DNA of 63,586 nt from Nemertoderma westbladi (taxonomy: Eukaryota > Animalia > Xenacoelomorpha), in contig JAUCBJ010002120.1 in assembly GCA_032718475.1 (NCBI GenBank), positions 1 through 63,586 on the forward strand, written 5' to 3'. The translations under genes were made by a program, and so were the position numbers. Shown piece after piece: positions 1 through 12,820 of this stretch (the stretch's first letter is position 1; every line of letters starts with the position of its first letter). Under the pieces are notes generated by a model. It did no database searches, was not told the origin of the DNA, and saw only the letters and a program-made list of their open reading frames with translations.

Positions 1-1010
1 ACGCGGAAAGTTTGTTGTCGACGATGAGCGAAAACGCGGCGAAATGACAATAATACAACTCTACAACTGGGTTGTTGACTGACGATAACAAATAAATATT
101 CTTAAATAAATAATATTAAATTCGAAAACAAAATAATGGTAAATGATGTTAATCGTAACTTGCAATTGAAATAATGATCTAATAAATTGGTGGGGACTTA
201 TTAAATAGTAATTCGGTTAGTAGGGGAGGCCCTTGTCTCTTAAATGAGCCAATCAGAGCGCAGCAGCAGAAATGAAGCCCGCTGATTGGCTGTTCATGCA
301 TAAGCGGTTACCAGGGCAACTTCTCGTGTTGATGAATCTATTAGAAAACTCTTGTAAGCATCTTGACTAATTATGTTGAGTTGGCTGTATAACAGAAGCA
401 GGTCTGGTGCAAAGGAAAGGGATTAGTAGAGAGGAATGCGTGATTAGAGGCGCTTCATTGTTATGATAGGGGCTGCCTGGATATAGGAAAGGGACAAAGC
501 GACGTCGGCTATAGTGGGAACAATGGAGGGCCGCTTGAGCATTAGCCTTGGGCGACATAGGGATTTGCTGTAGTCAAGGCCGCGATGGGATTATTAGTGA
601 GTCATCGATGGGGCTGCTAACAGACGGGACCGCTCATTTATATTTGCCTTGGGGGTATACGTGTAGATTCACTGCCTGTTGTATCTAGTTAATGAATAAT
701 GATGGACAGAGGAGGGGCCCCCCGCCGATGAACGTAGTTGATAGTTGCCAGTAGGGAGCCGTATACCATAGCCATTATAAAGTTAAAAATAGACATTATG
801 TCATAGTGATCTCATTGGTAATATAAAAACTAATTAATCTAAAAATAGAAATCAATGTATAAAGTAAAAGTAATATATACAATTAATTAATTTAAAATAA
901 AGTACAAATGAATAAATAAAGTAAAATAAAGTACAAATAATTAATTAAAATTAAATATAAATAAATAGGTATTAATGAATAAAAGAGCTGCGGTGTCACT
1001 TATGACACCC

Positions 1011-1317
1011 TCTTCCCCCTTCTCTGCGACAGTTGGACATCACTGATGACCCATTGTGTGTCAGGGCGCTAATCAGTCTGATTAATTAGGATAATCAATT
1101 AAACCCTAATTAGGAGTCATATGACACCTGTTAGGGTTTAATTATACTAATTAATTGATGACACCTGTCAATTAGGGTCTAATTAGCCTAATTGGGAGGT
1201 GTCACCCAGACAGTCTGGCGCCAATGACACCCAATGACACCCATAGGGTGATAATTGGGTGTCATATGACACCCAATGGGTGTCAGTTAGGTCCAACTGT
1301 CACAGAGAGGAGGAAGA
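1011..1317. mobile_element. Small MITE-like inverted-repeat element
   Basis: Left end TCTTCCCCCTTCTCTGCGACAGTTGGAC...CCCATTG is the imperfect reverse complement of right end CAATGGG...GTCCAACTGTCACAGAGAGGAGGAAGA; flanked by CCC on both sides; interior rich in TGACACC and TAATTA. Confidence 0.55.
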
Positions 1318-1344
1318 CCCTACTACTGATGTAGTACAGTAGAA

Positions 1345-2372
1345 CTCGGACAATTATCCGCCTAAAAGCATTTTTAATACATAAATGTGAGAATGCTTTC
1401 ACTTTTCAGACATTTCGCACCCTAGCAGAGCAGTATACTGGAGAACTGCAGACTGGTTAGCGTCCTCCCTATACAAACAGCCTATGGTCAAGAATACCTT
1501 TCCCAAGTATAAGCAAAAAAAGCATTAGAAGCAATGAAATGGGAGAAGGTATTTATTTCACACATTTCACCCTTTAGCGGCAGACTGAGGAATTGCAGAT
1601 CGGTCAGAGTTCTCCAAATTCACGCATTAGTAGACCTCTGCCAAGTGTCAGCCTAAAAACATTCTAAACATCGAAATGGAAGAAGATTTATAACTTTCAA
1701 ACATTTCGCCCCCTAGCGGCCGAATGGAGAACTGTAGGAAGTTCGGAGTCGTCCTCACACACACACCCTATGGTGTAATACACATCTACCAAGTGTCAGC
1801 TTAAAAGCATTATTTATAACGAAATGGGATAATCGTTCAGATATATCTCCCATTAGCGGCAGACTGCGGAATTGCAGATTGATCAGTTTCCTCCCAAACA
1901 CACAGTCAATGGCGAGGAATGTGTCTGCAAAGTATCATTTAGAACAGATTAAGTCTAATGGTGCAACTGTTACTGCTGTTGTAGAGTTTCCTGCCAGCTG
2001 ACCAGTAATTTGTCCGAAAATTGTTATGGAATAATAGCCCAATTTGACCACAATTACATATTCACGCATAAAATTAGCCTCGAGATACGATGTTTCACGT
2101 CCATGTGCTCGGGGCAGTCTGCATCACGTAGATGCACATCATAAAGTAGCATAGAGTCGAGACCCAACATGTAAAGTGACAGAATGAACTGCTAAGCCTA
2201 CCGCGCTACCACCGGTACCGAATTCACGAAATTCGCATTCACACAAACAAACGCGTAAAGTAAGACTCGAGATAGCGACGGTGCACGTGCTCGCGACGAG
2301 AGCCCCTATTGGTGCTTGTGTGTAGACAGACAGACAAACAAGCAGACACATGATATTTAGATAGGTAGTAGA
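1345..2372 (-). mobile_element. Non-autonomous Helitron/Helentron-type element with four ~140-150-bp core repeats and a (CTGT)n tract
   Basis: Minus strand starts TCTACTACCTATCTAAATATC followed by (CTGT)n; diverged core repeats near 1418, 1568, 1707 and 1848 resemble those at 16020-16950; left boundary approximate. Confidence 0.5.
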
Positions 2373-2642
2373 GCCAGTAGTAGTGTTCGTACATCTTTCT
2401 CAACCTATGTAAGGGGGGGGGGGGGGGGGGGGGGGGGTTATTTAACCCAACTATACATTGTGATTATATTACTTAACGAACATTATAATCTTACTGTATA
2501 CACTTAATCTTTATTTGATCATTTATCACGAATTCACGAATACGAATCCCATCAACTCTGCATATCAAAACCTCTACAGCAACTCTTCCCCACAATAGGA
2601 CTACTAATTTAATATTGATGAGATAGCGACCCTGGGCAGAAG

Positions 2643-2790
2643 CAGGGACTGGGGGGATCGAATCGAATCGAAAATCGAATCGAATCTAACAAATTTCACT
2701 GGCTCGAAATCGAATTTGAAAGGTATTTTTCCAGAAATGAAATCAAATCGAATCGAAAATCGAAAGAAAATATTCGATTCTACTTTTTAA
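2643..2790 (+). mobile_element. DNA-transposon terminus (hAT-like CAGGG end) with ATCGA subterminal repeats
   Basis: CAGGGACTGG followed by many (A)ATCGA motifs; the same terminus occurs in reverse at 57226-57336. Confidence 0.4.
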
Positions 2791-3084
2791 ATTAATCTTA
2801 CATTAAACACAGCCTAGATTGATTTGATATTTAAAATTAATAATGCTGGACATGTTATTTATTTATTAAGTAATTTAAACAGGAACTTAGGATTATCCAA
2901 CTCTATAGCAAATGGAGCGGAAAAAATGTATTCGCCACCAGCGGGGATCGAACCCGCATATTCAATAGCAACCGTAAGGTAGCTTACCACCTACAGCAAA
3001 TCAATCGGAATGATGCAGGAGCCTCTGTGGTGTAGTGGTCAGTATACCTGTTATGTCAAATTTTAAATTTGACATAATAATTGA

Positions 3085-3980
3085 GTTAATAACTCAGCCA
3101 AATCTTAATGAAATCTATCCAAACTTGGTACACTTGTAGTCTGGCAAAAGTTTAGAAATTTTCAAAGTAGAATTTGCGTGTGGCCTAATAATAAATTCAG
3201 TTAATTAATTAATGTTGGTTAGGGTAAAAACAGCATTTTCAACATGTCTTTTAACGGAAATTAATTATTTTATAGTATAAGATATAAATAATTATACTTA
3301 AAAATTATACAGCTGTAATCCCCATACTCCATCCCATTATAGTTTTTAATTAGTTCAAGTGATTTGCTTTAAGAAATGTGTTTTAATTGAGTTGAATAAT
3401 TAAGTTACTAAAATACCCTGTCAGCCATAACTCTATACTTGTAGGCTCCCTTATTCCATGGCATGCTTGCTATTGCCTAGCCTAACTGGGAACCAGTCCA
3501 ACCCACCCCAGCTCACCACTACTCATTAGGCAGCCTTGTAATGAGCCAGACTAATAAGCTAGAGGTTGGTTAATGTGTTTACATTACAAAATGATTGGCT
3601 GAGTATTTAATCGTATTTCTTTAGAATAATTAGCTAAATTATTTCGTTGAGGTGTTGACATGATAAATTTATATTTCAGTATCAATACTATCGGCATAAG
3701 GCAAGTTTTAATATTCGCTTCCAGTTCTATTTTGTGTTACATATAAAGATAAATATAACATACTACTTTTAAAACACAATTTTCCAATTATTACCTGCCT
3801 TTCATCAATCCTGTGTGCGCCTTAGGGTTGGGGTGGTGCAGATTAAGTGCTTTCATTTACTGGTGTTTGGTTAGATTTCTTGAATACCGAGTTTGTGATA
3901 CAGTCATTGAATCGCTCAATATTAATCTGTATCTCATAACTAAGCCTCGTGCTGCGCGAAGGCTCCACGAATGTGTTATA
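3085..3980 (+). mobile_element. 5'-truncated copy of Helentron-type non-autonomous family A
   Basis: 3085-3400 matches 4195-4510; 3' end GCCTCGTGCTGCGCGAAGGCTCCACGAATGTGT matches 5637-5670. Confidence 0.65.
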
Positions 3981-4076
3981 ATGTGGAACAACATAATGAG
4001 TAATTAAAATTGCAGCCATACGCTGGAGAACGGTTCGTCATCGTCAGTAAAATGTACAAAGCGTCTAATCGACTAC

Positions 4077-5675
4077 TGTGGGGCGAGCCACGAAGTGAGT
4101 GAGCCTTAGCGTAGTGGTACCATTAATCAACCTGTCGTTCTGTCGTTCTGACGTTCTGTCGTTCTGTCGTTCTGTCGTGTTCAATTTTAAACGTTAATAA
4201 CTCGGCCAATCTTTGATGAAATCTATCCAAACTTGGTACACATGTTGTTTGGCAAAAGTTTAGAAATTTTCCAAGTAGAATTTCAGTGTGGCCTTCGAGA
4301 AGCTAAGATAATAGCAGTTAATTAGTTAATTAAGTTATTATGGCAAAAACACCATTTTCAACCTGCCTTTTAAAGGAAATTAATTGTTTTACAGTATAAG
4401 ATTTAAATAATTATAATTAAAAATTATACAGATGTAATCCCCATACGCCATTCTATTATAGTTTTTAATTAGTTCAAGTGATTTGCTTTAATAATTGTGT
4501 CTTTAATTGATCTAAAGTAATTAAAACGGCAAAAAAAATTTATTCTCATTAAATACTGCTCATTTATTGGCCAACATGCTGGTACATAGATGGGATGTGT
4601 GTGTCATTCCCAGTTGCTGGGAATGATTATTGGTCAAGTCTCTGCTGCTGGCTGGGAGTTGTTGCTAAGACTAACCAGAGAGGAATAGTAATAGACAACC
4701 AGTATTGCTATTCCAGCCCAGACAGCATTCTTTAAATTCACTATAAATGTTGTATTGCTATCTCAGGTGAATGACAGATATCATAACATAAATACTATCC
4801 ATGGCATGGCTGTTGTGTATATTTCTGAAATAGTTTATTCCACAATGTATATGTCTGGTTATTTTTTAATTGAATTTTTGCAAAGTAGTAAAATTAATGT
4901 TCTTAAAAATAATATTATTATTTTATATGTAACCTAGGAAATTAGCTACATTTTTTCGCTGCAGCTTTAAGAGTGTACATTAATTTAATATTATTTCAAT
5001 ACCCATATTACTACATCGGCATAAGATGCGTTGGCGTTGTATCACACATCTCCACATATCACACATATCCACATAGATGTATCAACAGTTACTCGCACAG
5101 TTTCGAAACTTCGCATAGTTATAACTGTATAAAGATCGTCAGTCTGCGTTTAGGAAAAATATTTTATAACAAAACAGGACAAGCGACGAGCGCAACGAGG
5201 CATATAATGAAGACGAGTACTGCGTTGACTAAATTATTATATAAACCACCTGGCTTCACATATTGATCGCATCCCTAGTTATTATTATTATAAAGAACGT
5301 CCTAGCCTGCGTTTAAGAAATATATTTAAATACAAAACAGGACGAACGCAACGAGGCTTATAATGAATACGAGTACTGCGTTTATTATATTCCTATAAAC
5401 CACCTGGCTTTGCATATTGAACGTGCGATTGGAAATAAGTTCGTGCTACCCTTCCGTGGGTGGTAGATGTCGCGGTTATGTATTGGTGGTTGGGAAGGGT
5501 GGGGGGGGGGGGGGGGGATTAAAAGGGGTGAACACGTACTGTCCCCCTTTCTTTGATTGATTGGTGGTGTGGGTAAATTTCTCAAAACCTGATTTTGTGA
5601 TACAGTCGCTCAATTTTAATTTGTATCTCATAACTGGGCCTCGTGCTGCGCGAAGGCCCCACGAACGTGTAGTAT
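4077..5675 (+). mobile_element. Helentron-associated (HINE/DINE-1-like) non-autonomous element, family A
   Basis: Subterminal inverted GTGGGGC (4078) / GCCCCAC (5656); (CTGTCGTT)n microsatellite after the 5' end; 3' hairpin GGCCTCGTGCTGCGCGAAGGCC; homologous along its length to the inverted copy at 61350-62731. Confidence 0.7.
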
Positions 5676-6695
5676 ATATCATATGTTGGACGAGCAACGA
5701 GTCACCTGAGAGCCGTATGCTAAGCCGTATGCCGTCTATTTCTCAACACGTGCGCCTGCGAGAAGGCATCACAAACATGTGTCTACTGCATCGGTGTGTT
5801 TTGTCTTACTACGCTAGGTAGTCTTCGTTAAACACTATGACTTTCTATCACAACAACAAATCACCTTTGCTATCTCAGCTTCATTCCCCTGGGCGCCAGA
5901 AGGGGTTGCTATGCATCTGATAGTACCGGTACTCCGACGTAATAAAATAGCAGATAGGGGGGAAATTGGACGCAATAAAAATTCATCCCTCTCCAGGGGA
6001 AATTCGATGCAAATAACAGCTGATTACTCTCAAAAAATTAAAACTGTAACCTGTTCTATTGTGCTTAGTTTATTGTTTTGGTTAAAATAACGTGCCACTG
6101 TAACCTGCTCCTTTCCCTAAATTGAGAATTTAACATTGAGGCGGGCGGGATATTAATTCGCCAAGGCGGGTTTTGCGTCTAGTTCCCCCCCCCCCCCGTC
6201 TCTAAAATATGGAATGTATGAGTGAAATTTCCCTCGCAAATCTCTTTTAGATATTTAAATAAATTTGGCCGAGAATAAACATTATAATTAGTTTTCCCTA
6301 GTCATCTAACATTTGCGATCGTTTACGTAGGATATTTACCTATTCTACCTGTCCTTTCTTCCTGGTGTGCCTATTCCCCTGTAGGTTGCCTTGGGGCTGG
6401 GGGTAAGCAAACTGCTGATTAGGTGATCATTTAATTTATATTAATTCATTGTTGGCTCCGCATAGCACCGGTTGGTTGCCAAGATATATATTATATACAT
6501 CATTATTATTGGACGAGAGTAAACAATGCCTCTATTATTAATGAATGAATGGGCAACGAATCCTTCCAGCTTTATTACCAAATAATATTCAAATTGTTTA
6601 TTATGTCGATAGCGGTAACATTTCTCCACGAATTTAATAATAATTTATGAATAATAAATAGGAAATAATATTGGCTAAAATATAACTAATCTACC

Positions 6696-9600
6696 ATGTC
6701 GGAGAAGAAGGTGGGGATGTCTCCTCATCAGAGGTTAATAAGGAGAAGGTCACAAGCGATGATTCCTGTGATCGATAAGCCACCGAGGAGGAAACAGATA
6801 ATCCGGGTGTTCTTTAGTTCCCCATTCCGCGGAATGGAAGAGGAACGCGATCTACTCACCCGGAAATATTGGCCGATTCTAAGCAGAAAGTGCGCCGAGG
6901 CTGGTTACGAGTTCGTTCCTGTTGACTTGCGATGGGGTATAAGTCACGAGAGTTACAAGGTTAATAATTAACTTCATATACCTTTTGTAACAGTTACCAT
7001 TAGCTGTTATTAGTACCATTTATTGCTCATCGATAATCAAATAATTGGTGGTGATCTGATATTGCCACGCATGATAAGTTATTATATATAAGAATAACAA
7101 ATGTGGAAGGACGTCACTGGGCTTGAACCCCTCCTAAGGATGTGATGTCTTCCACATCTTTTCCTCCTCTGAACAAAAGCCCTATGGATAATAGGGATAA
7201 TAGTTATCAGCCATCGATAATGGTTATCGTTCATTGTTATTATTGCTTTTGATCAATGATTAGTTATTGGTTATGGATAATATCCGGTTATATTGGATAA
7301 CTAATATCATTTATTATGAAATAGTTGGTTATCGATAATAATTTATCATAATAATGTAAAGTTGTAATTAATTATCTAATCGTCCTGTAAACCACTTTAC
7401 AGGCTGCAAACACATTGTTACTATGTTTGGACCAAGTCTCTCGTTCTGATTTATTCATTGGGTTCTTCGGACAGCGCTACGGATGGCATGGTGACCATGA
7501 AGAACTTCAGAGGGCAATTGACAGAGCTATGAAAAAATATCCGTGGCTCACAGATGTTCGGGACAAGTAAGTGGATCAGTTACTTAGGATATAACTATTG
7601 CATACTGTTCCATATCTGCAATTAGTTACCATATACATACATACTATAACTATATAATGTTATTCTGACTTTATTTTTATTGTAGAAGTGTCACAGAAAT
7701 GGAAATTCTGCAAGGTCATCTTCGGAATCCGGGTTTAGTACCTTCAGCGTTCTTCTTCAGGAGTGAATCTTATGACAAAATTATGAAGGAAAATTACGAG
7801 AAGCGTGATATGTTTGAGGATGCAGAAAAGTTTAGCGTTTTTTCTGATGGGCATGATTCTCATGAGAAGCTTCTTGAACTAAAGGCCACCATCATAAGAA
7901 ACCGATCAACTTGTTTAACTCTTGAGGAAGGATACGCAACACCTGATGATGGGGCGAGACTTATATACGACTGCTTAGAAAAATTCATTATGAAGACATA
8001 TATTTCTGAGCCACTTTTGCCATTGTCAAAACAGGAATCTGGCGTGACGCACCATGATGCTTTCCTTATGACTCATATGTCAATGGGTGAAGGTTTCATT
8101 GGTATGGGCAATGTACTGATAGAATTAAATACACTTTTACATGAAAAACAACATGTTCTTGTAACTGGTGAACCTGGAAGTGGAAAATCAGCCTTGTTGT
8201 GTAATTTGATTGATAAAAATATGGACCAAACAAATTCCTTAGTATTTTATCATTTTGTTGGCTCCTCAAATGATAGCTCAAAGCCGAGAAATATTGTGGA
8301 ACGTTTACTTGAAAGCATTACAGAGGAGCTCAGTTGTTATGAATCCATTAAGAAAGGTTTAAAACCTCCTGGCCTTTCAAAGATAGATGCTAAAAAAATC
8401 CTGGTAAAAAAAGAGAAGGTACCTCCGAAAATATTAGAAATGGTAACTGAAATTGTAACTTGTCTGAATAAATTGAAGACTTTTGGAGTTCAAGTAACTA
8501 TTGTTATAGATCAAATCAATAAAGTAAAAGAACCAGGTGGTGGTGGAAGATTACATTTACCATTGTTTTGGATTCCTGAAGATATACCAGATAATGTGAA
8601 TATCGTAGTTTCCACTGATGTAAGTGATACAGTCAACATTGAAGAACTAAATAGTCGCAAGTTTTATATGTTGCAGACTGTGCCATTAAGTAAAGAAATA
8701 AGAAAGGATATATTTCTGTCTGCACTTAGGGTTAAAGGAAAAGAACTAACCGATCCACAATTTGACATTATTACAGGAAACACGTCGACTAGTAGTGTTA
8801 TGTTCCTTGATGTTGTACTCGAAGTTCTCTGTGCTCATGGCAAATTCGAAACTTTGGACAATCACATTAGTAATCTAGGATCAATTACCTCAATTAAAGG
8901 ACTATTTTCAGTTGTCATCGATGGTTTGCAAGCTGACTTTGCTGATGAAGAAGACATTGATGATGATATTCTACCAAAAATACTGTGTTTCCTTTGTCTT
9001 GTAAAACATGGTCTTACAGAAGAAGAAATTCGACAGGCAACCAAAATTCCTCCAAGGCTTTGGTTGACACTAAGTAGTTCCTTACAGCCTTTCACTGTCT
9101 TTCATGGTGATATTCTTTCTATCAAGTACACTGCTTTCAGAGACGCCATTTCAGATAAGTTTTTAAACAATGAAACCGAACATAAGTATTGTTCTGAATT
9201 AGCGAACTTTTTTCTTGACAAGTTCAACATCTTTAGATATGATACCTCAGAAAAGTCGCACCTTCCTAGTAGAATATTAGATGAACTACCTTTTACACTG
9301 ATAAATGCTGGAATGATAACTCAGTTGGTAGAAGTTATTTCCAGCCTAAAATTTTTTATGGAGATGAAACGTCTCGGCTATAGTTACGAAATTTGGGACT
9401 TGGTAAAAGAATCCCATCTCGACGTAGAGACCCTAGCGAAAGCTTTTACAGTAGCTATAAATATGGAAATAGTTAATACATGTGTAACTGCCATGGATAA
9501 TTATGAGACCCTCAAAGTGCCAGCTAAGCTACCTCAAGCTGTCTCTCAAATATCGCAATTTTTATGCGATTTTGCACAACTACGTGAGGCCTATACATTG

Positions 9601-10923
9601 GCTTCTAGAGCTGTCCATCTTCAACAACAATATATGCAACATAATAAAGGGAGTTTTTCCAGACAAGATATCATAGAAGAGGGTACCTATTTAGCAGAAC
9701 TCTATAACAACCTCGCCTGTTTGGCATGCGATTTGGGATTATACAAACAGTGCGAGGACTTACATTTAAAGGCAATATCCATTAAAGAAGAATATTTAGG
9801 TGAAACAGAGATAGTGTCAGATATTCGGAGTCGAATTGGCATAGAATATAATGGTATGGGGATAATGTACAACAAACTTCAAGATTATGACAAAGCAGAA
9901 AAATATTTGCTTAAAGCATTAGACGCTCATGCTGCAGATGATGAACAACAAATGGTTGCTTCAACGAGGACTAATCTTGGGAATACCTTGTTCCATGGTA
10001 AGCGATACAAGGAAGCACTAGAGGTTTATGGATTAGCAATGGAAACTTACCAAACAATATTCTTTGGTGAGACGAATACTTTGATTGCTGGACTAAACTG
10101 TAACATGGCCAATTGTCATAGAAAACTCAACGATTTCGATAGGGCGAGAGAATTATACAATGAATCTTTAGCAGTTGAGCAGAAGCTGCTTGGCGAGTAC
10201 CATAATTCTACAGCTGTAACATACACATGTATTGGTAATCTGGAGCTTGCTGAAAAGAATTATGAAGCTTCTGAAAATGCATTTCGAAAAGCTATGGTCA
10301 TCAATGAAGAGGTATTTGGCGAAGAAACAATTGACACGTTATTTTCAATGGAGAATGTTGCTTTGGTTATGTTTCTTGCAGGAAAGAAAGAAGAGGCTCA
10401 TGCTCTGTTTACAAAAGCTGGAAAAATACTCCATCGAAAAAATATGATGAAGTACACATTGATGGGACTCAACAAGAAAATAATGGTATATTTAGCTGAA
10501 GACGATCGTATACATGAAATTGTTCCAATAATTATTCGTCTGATTGATGGTGGAATTGCGAAAGCAACGCAGTTTGATGTTCTGGATATCTATGATTTTG
10601 AATCTGATCCCCCAGTTGTCCGTGAGTATAAGTACAGTTTGGATCATGGGTTGGAACTTTACCCGAACAATAAAGATTTACTACTTAGGAAAGTTGAGCG
10701 CTACATTGCTGGTAATGTGTCAGAAGCTGAGTTATTACTGGTTATAGAAAATGCTCATAGCACTGAAGTGGATTTTTATTCTGAAGCAATAAAATTGCTA
10801 GTTGAAGGAGACAAACATGATTGCGCGACCGTTATTATAAATTTAATGGAGAAAATTTTACCTGATTCAGTTGATGACATAAAGGAACTTCGTAAATTAA
10901 CTAATTCGAAGAAAAGTAATTAA
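6696..10923 (+). CDS. DUF4062-NACHT-TPR STAND NTPase (NPHP3/TTC41-like architecture), ~1221 aa, 3 exons
   Basis: Exons 6696-6959, 7403-7566, 7686-10923 join in frame at GT-AG sites. DUF4062 motifs RVFFSSPF..M.EERD.L, VDLRWG, FIGFFGQRYG, SVTEME; Walker A GEPGSGKS (8167-8190); Walker B VTIVIDQIN; TPR repeats at ~9700-10440 (LYNNLA, TRTNLG, TYTCIG). Confidence 0.9.
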
Positions 10924-11756
10924 TAAATTTTATTCGAAAGTTAATAACAATGCAACATAGAGTATGAATACGAAAGTATGTATATAATGATGAACTTTTT
11001 ACGCCGAGGGTGACTCTATATGTCGCAAGTGACATTATACGGCGCGTGACAATAATGTATATGATGTGTGAGAATCCCGCAGCGTCCTTAGGACCATAAT
11101 GTTTTTTATAAATGAAATACTTTGTGATAATTAAATATTTATATTTTCGAATAATCTTAATTCCAGTACTCATTTGTTACTTATGGAAAATATAATATAA
11201 CTAAAATTTAACTAAACGAATACAAGCCTGCAGTTATATTCTTATATCATATACATTTAATTAAGTATTAATTAACCACAATCTACCGCAATCTGCCAAT
11301 TTAAACATAAATATAGTGGATTCACTATGTACTTCATAATTATTAATCCCTATATATTACTATAAATTTTTGTTCAATTTTTCAATTCAATCTATTCAAT
11401 TTTTGTTACATTATTTCAACTTATGAGCGTCCTGGGGATATCCTCGTAACGCTGCAAAGTAAACATAACTTAGTATATAACAATAAACTTCTAGAACACG
11501 TCTTGAGTATTCTCCATCAATGATAGCCAATGTATGCTAAGTCTACATTATTTACTGTACAGTAATTGCAATTAGTTTCATAAAATAGATTTTAATTAAA
11601 AAAAGGCTCTTTTTCTCACTAAAATTTTTAAAATTGAGTTAATTAATGTAACATTTTTTTACTCATTTGCAGAAAATTAGTTAAAAAAGTATTTTTTAAC
11701 TAATTAAAATTTTTTTTTTAATTGTAATTCATCATAGAGCTCACAGCCGGACCTAT

Positions 11757-12720
11757 GAATTGAATTGAATTGAATTTATTTATTAATATCCTCCATCAAA
11801 TAAAATACAATACACATAGCTTAAAATTGAATTACAAGAAAATTTTTAGTGAGATGTACAGCACCACACCCAGACTAATAGCTGAGCTAGTGCTACCAAG
11901 GTTGGTGGGTATGATGAGGGTGAAAGAGAATGAGTGAAAAAAGAAGGGAGGGGCCATATAGGGAGGGTCGATTATATATAAAAAAATAATTAAAATTGAA
12001 ATTGTGCCGTATTGGTAGATATTAAAAAAGAACATGGAACTAATTATTTATTTACTTAATTATTTATTTATTTTATATGTAGAGATAGTCTGGTCTGATA
12101 GGCCTATAAATTAACACTGAAATTTTGTCCAATTCACTGAAATTTATTTAGTTAAATATATAATTATAAATTTGTAAATAGAAGATTTTTGTAACATGAT
12201 CGTCTCGATTTCTTGTCCATAATCTCTAACGGAACTGAGTTCCAGACGCGTGGGCCTCTGAAACTCAAGGATCGTTGTGATGGTAAATTTACCAAAGGAA
12301 TGGAGAAGTTACCGTGAGCTGCAGAGCGGGTGAAGTAATTGTGAACGCTGCGCCTTTGGAAAAGCTGCGCAAGGTCTGAGGAGTGGTGGTTTTTGGTGTG
12401 AATTTAGTAGGTAGTAAAATTCAGATATTCTGCCCTCGTGTGTTGAGTTTTCCACTCGTTGGCATTTTAACACTCGCTTCGCTCGTGCTAAAAACCTCCA
12501 ACTCGTGCAATACTCAACCACTCGGACAGAATAGTTGAATTTCACTAAATGGAAAATGAGTGACAAAAAGCAGTGTTTTCCGCTTACTTTTTTTTTATCG
12601 AATAATAGTCCTTTTAATGTAATTAATTTTTCTACAAATCTTTTTATAATAATGCTTGAAATTTGAATTTTCGATTTGGCCTTGCTGAGATATAGGCGTT
12701 CCAAGAATCCAAGAATTATT
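11757..12720 (-). mobile_element. 3' fragment of a CR1/L2-group LINE (degraded)
   Basis: Minus-strand HNYFTRS and SQRSLSFRGPRVWNS, typical ORF2 C-terminal motifs; (TTCAA)n tail at ~11757-11775. Confidence 0.55.
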
Positions 12721-12820
12721 ATTGTTCGCTAGTGGTTAATAATTCCATTTAATTAATACATAACATTCTAGACTATAGAACGTGCTATTTATAACATAAA
12801 GTAGCTGTGCGACAACAATA

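Noticed and set aside
2925-3050. tRNA gene
   Set aside because: A B-box-like GGTTCGATCCC on the minus strand and an A-box-like motif on the plus strand, but no complete cloverleaf; probably SINE debris
3051-3077. 27-bp near-perfect palindrome TTATGTCAAATTTTAAATTTGACATAA
   Set aside because: Sits at the truncation point of a TE copy; most likely a repair fold-back scar rather than a functional site
6696-10923. TEP1 or NPHP3 orthology
   Set aside because: No TROVE or WD40 domains and no NPHP3-type N-terminal coiled coil; only the architecture is similar, so no symbol is given
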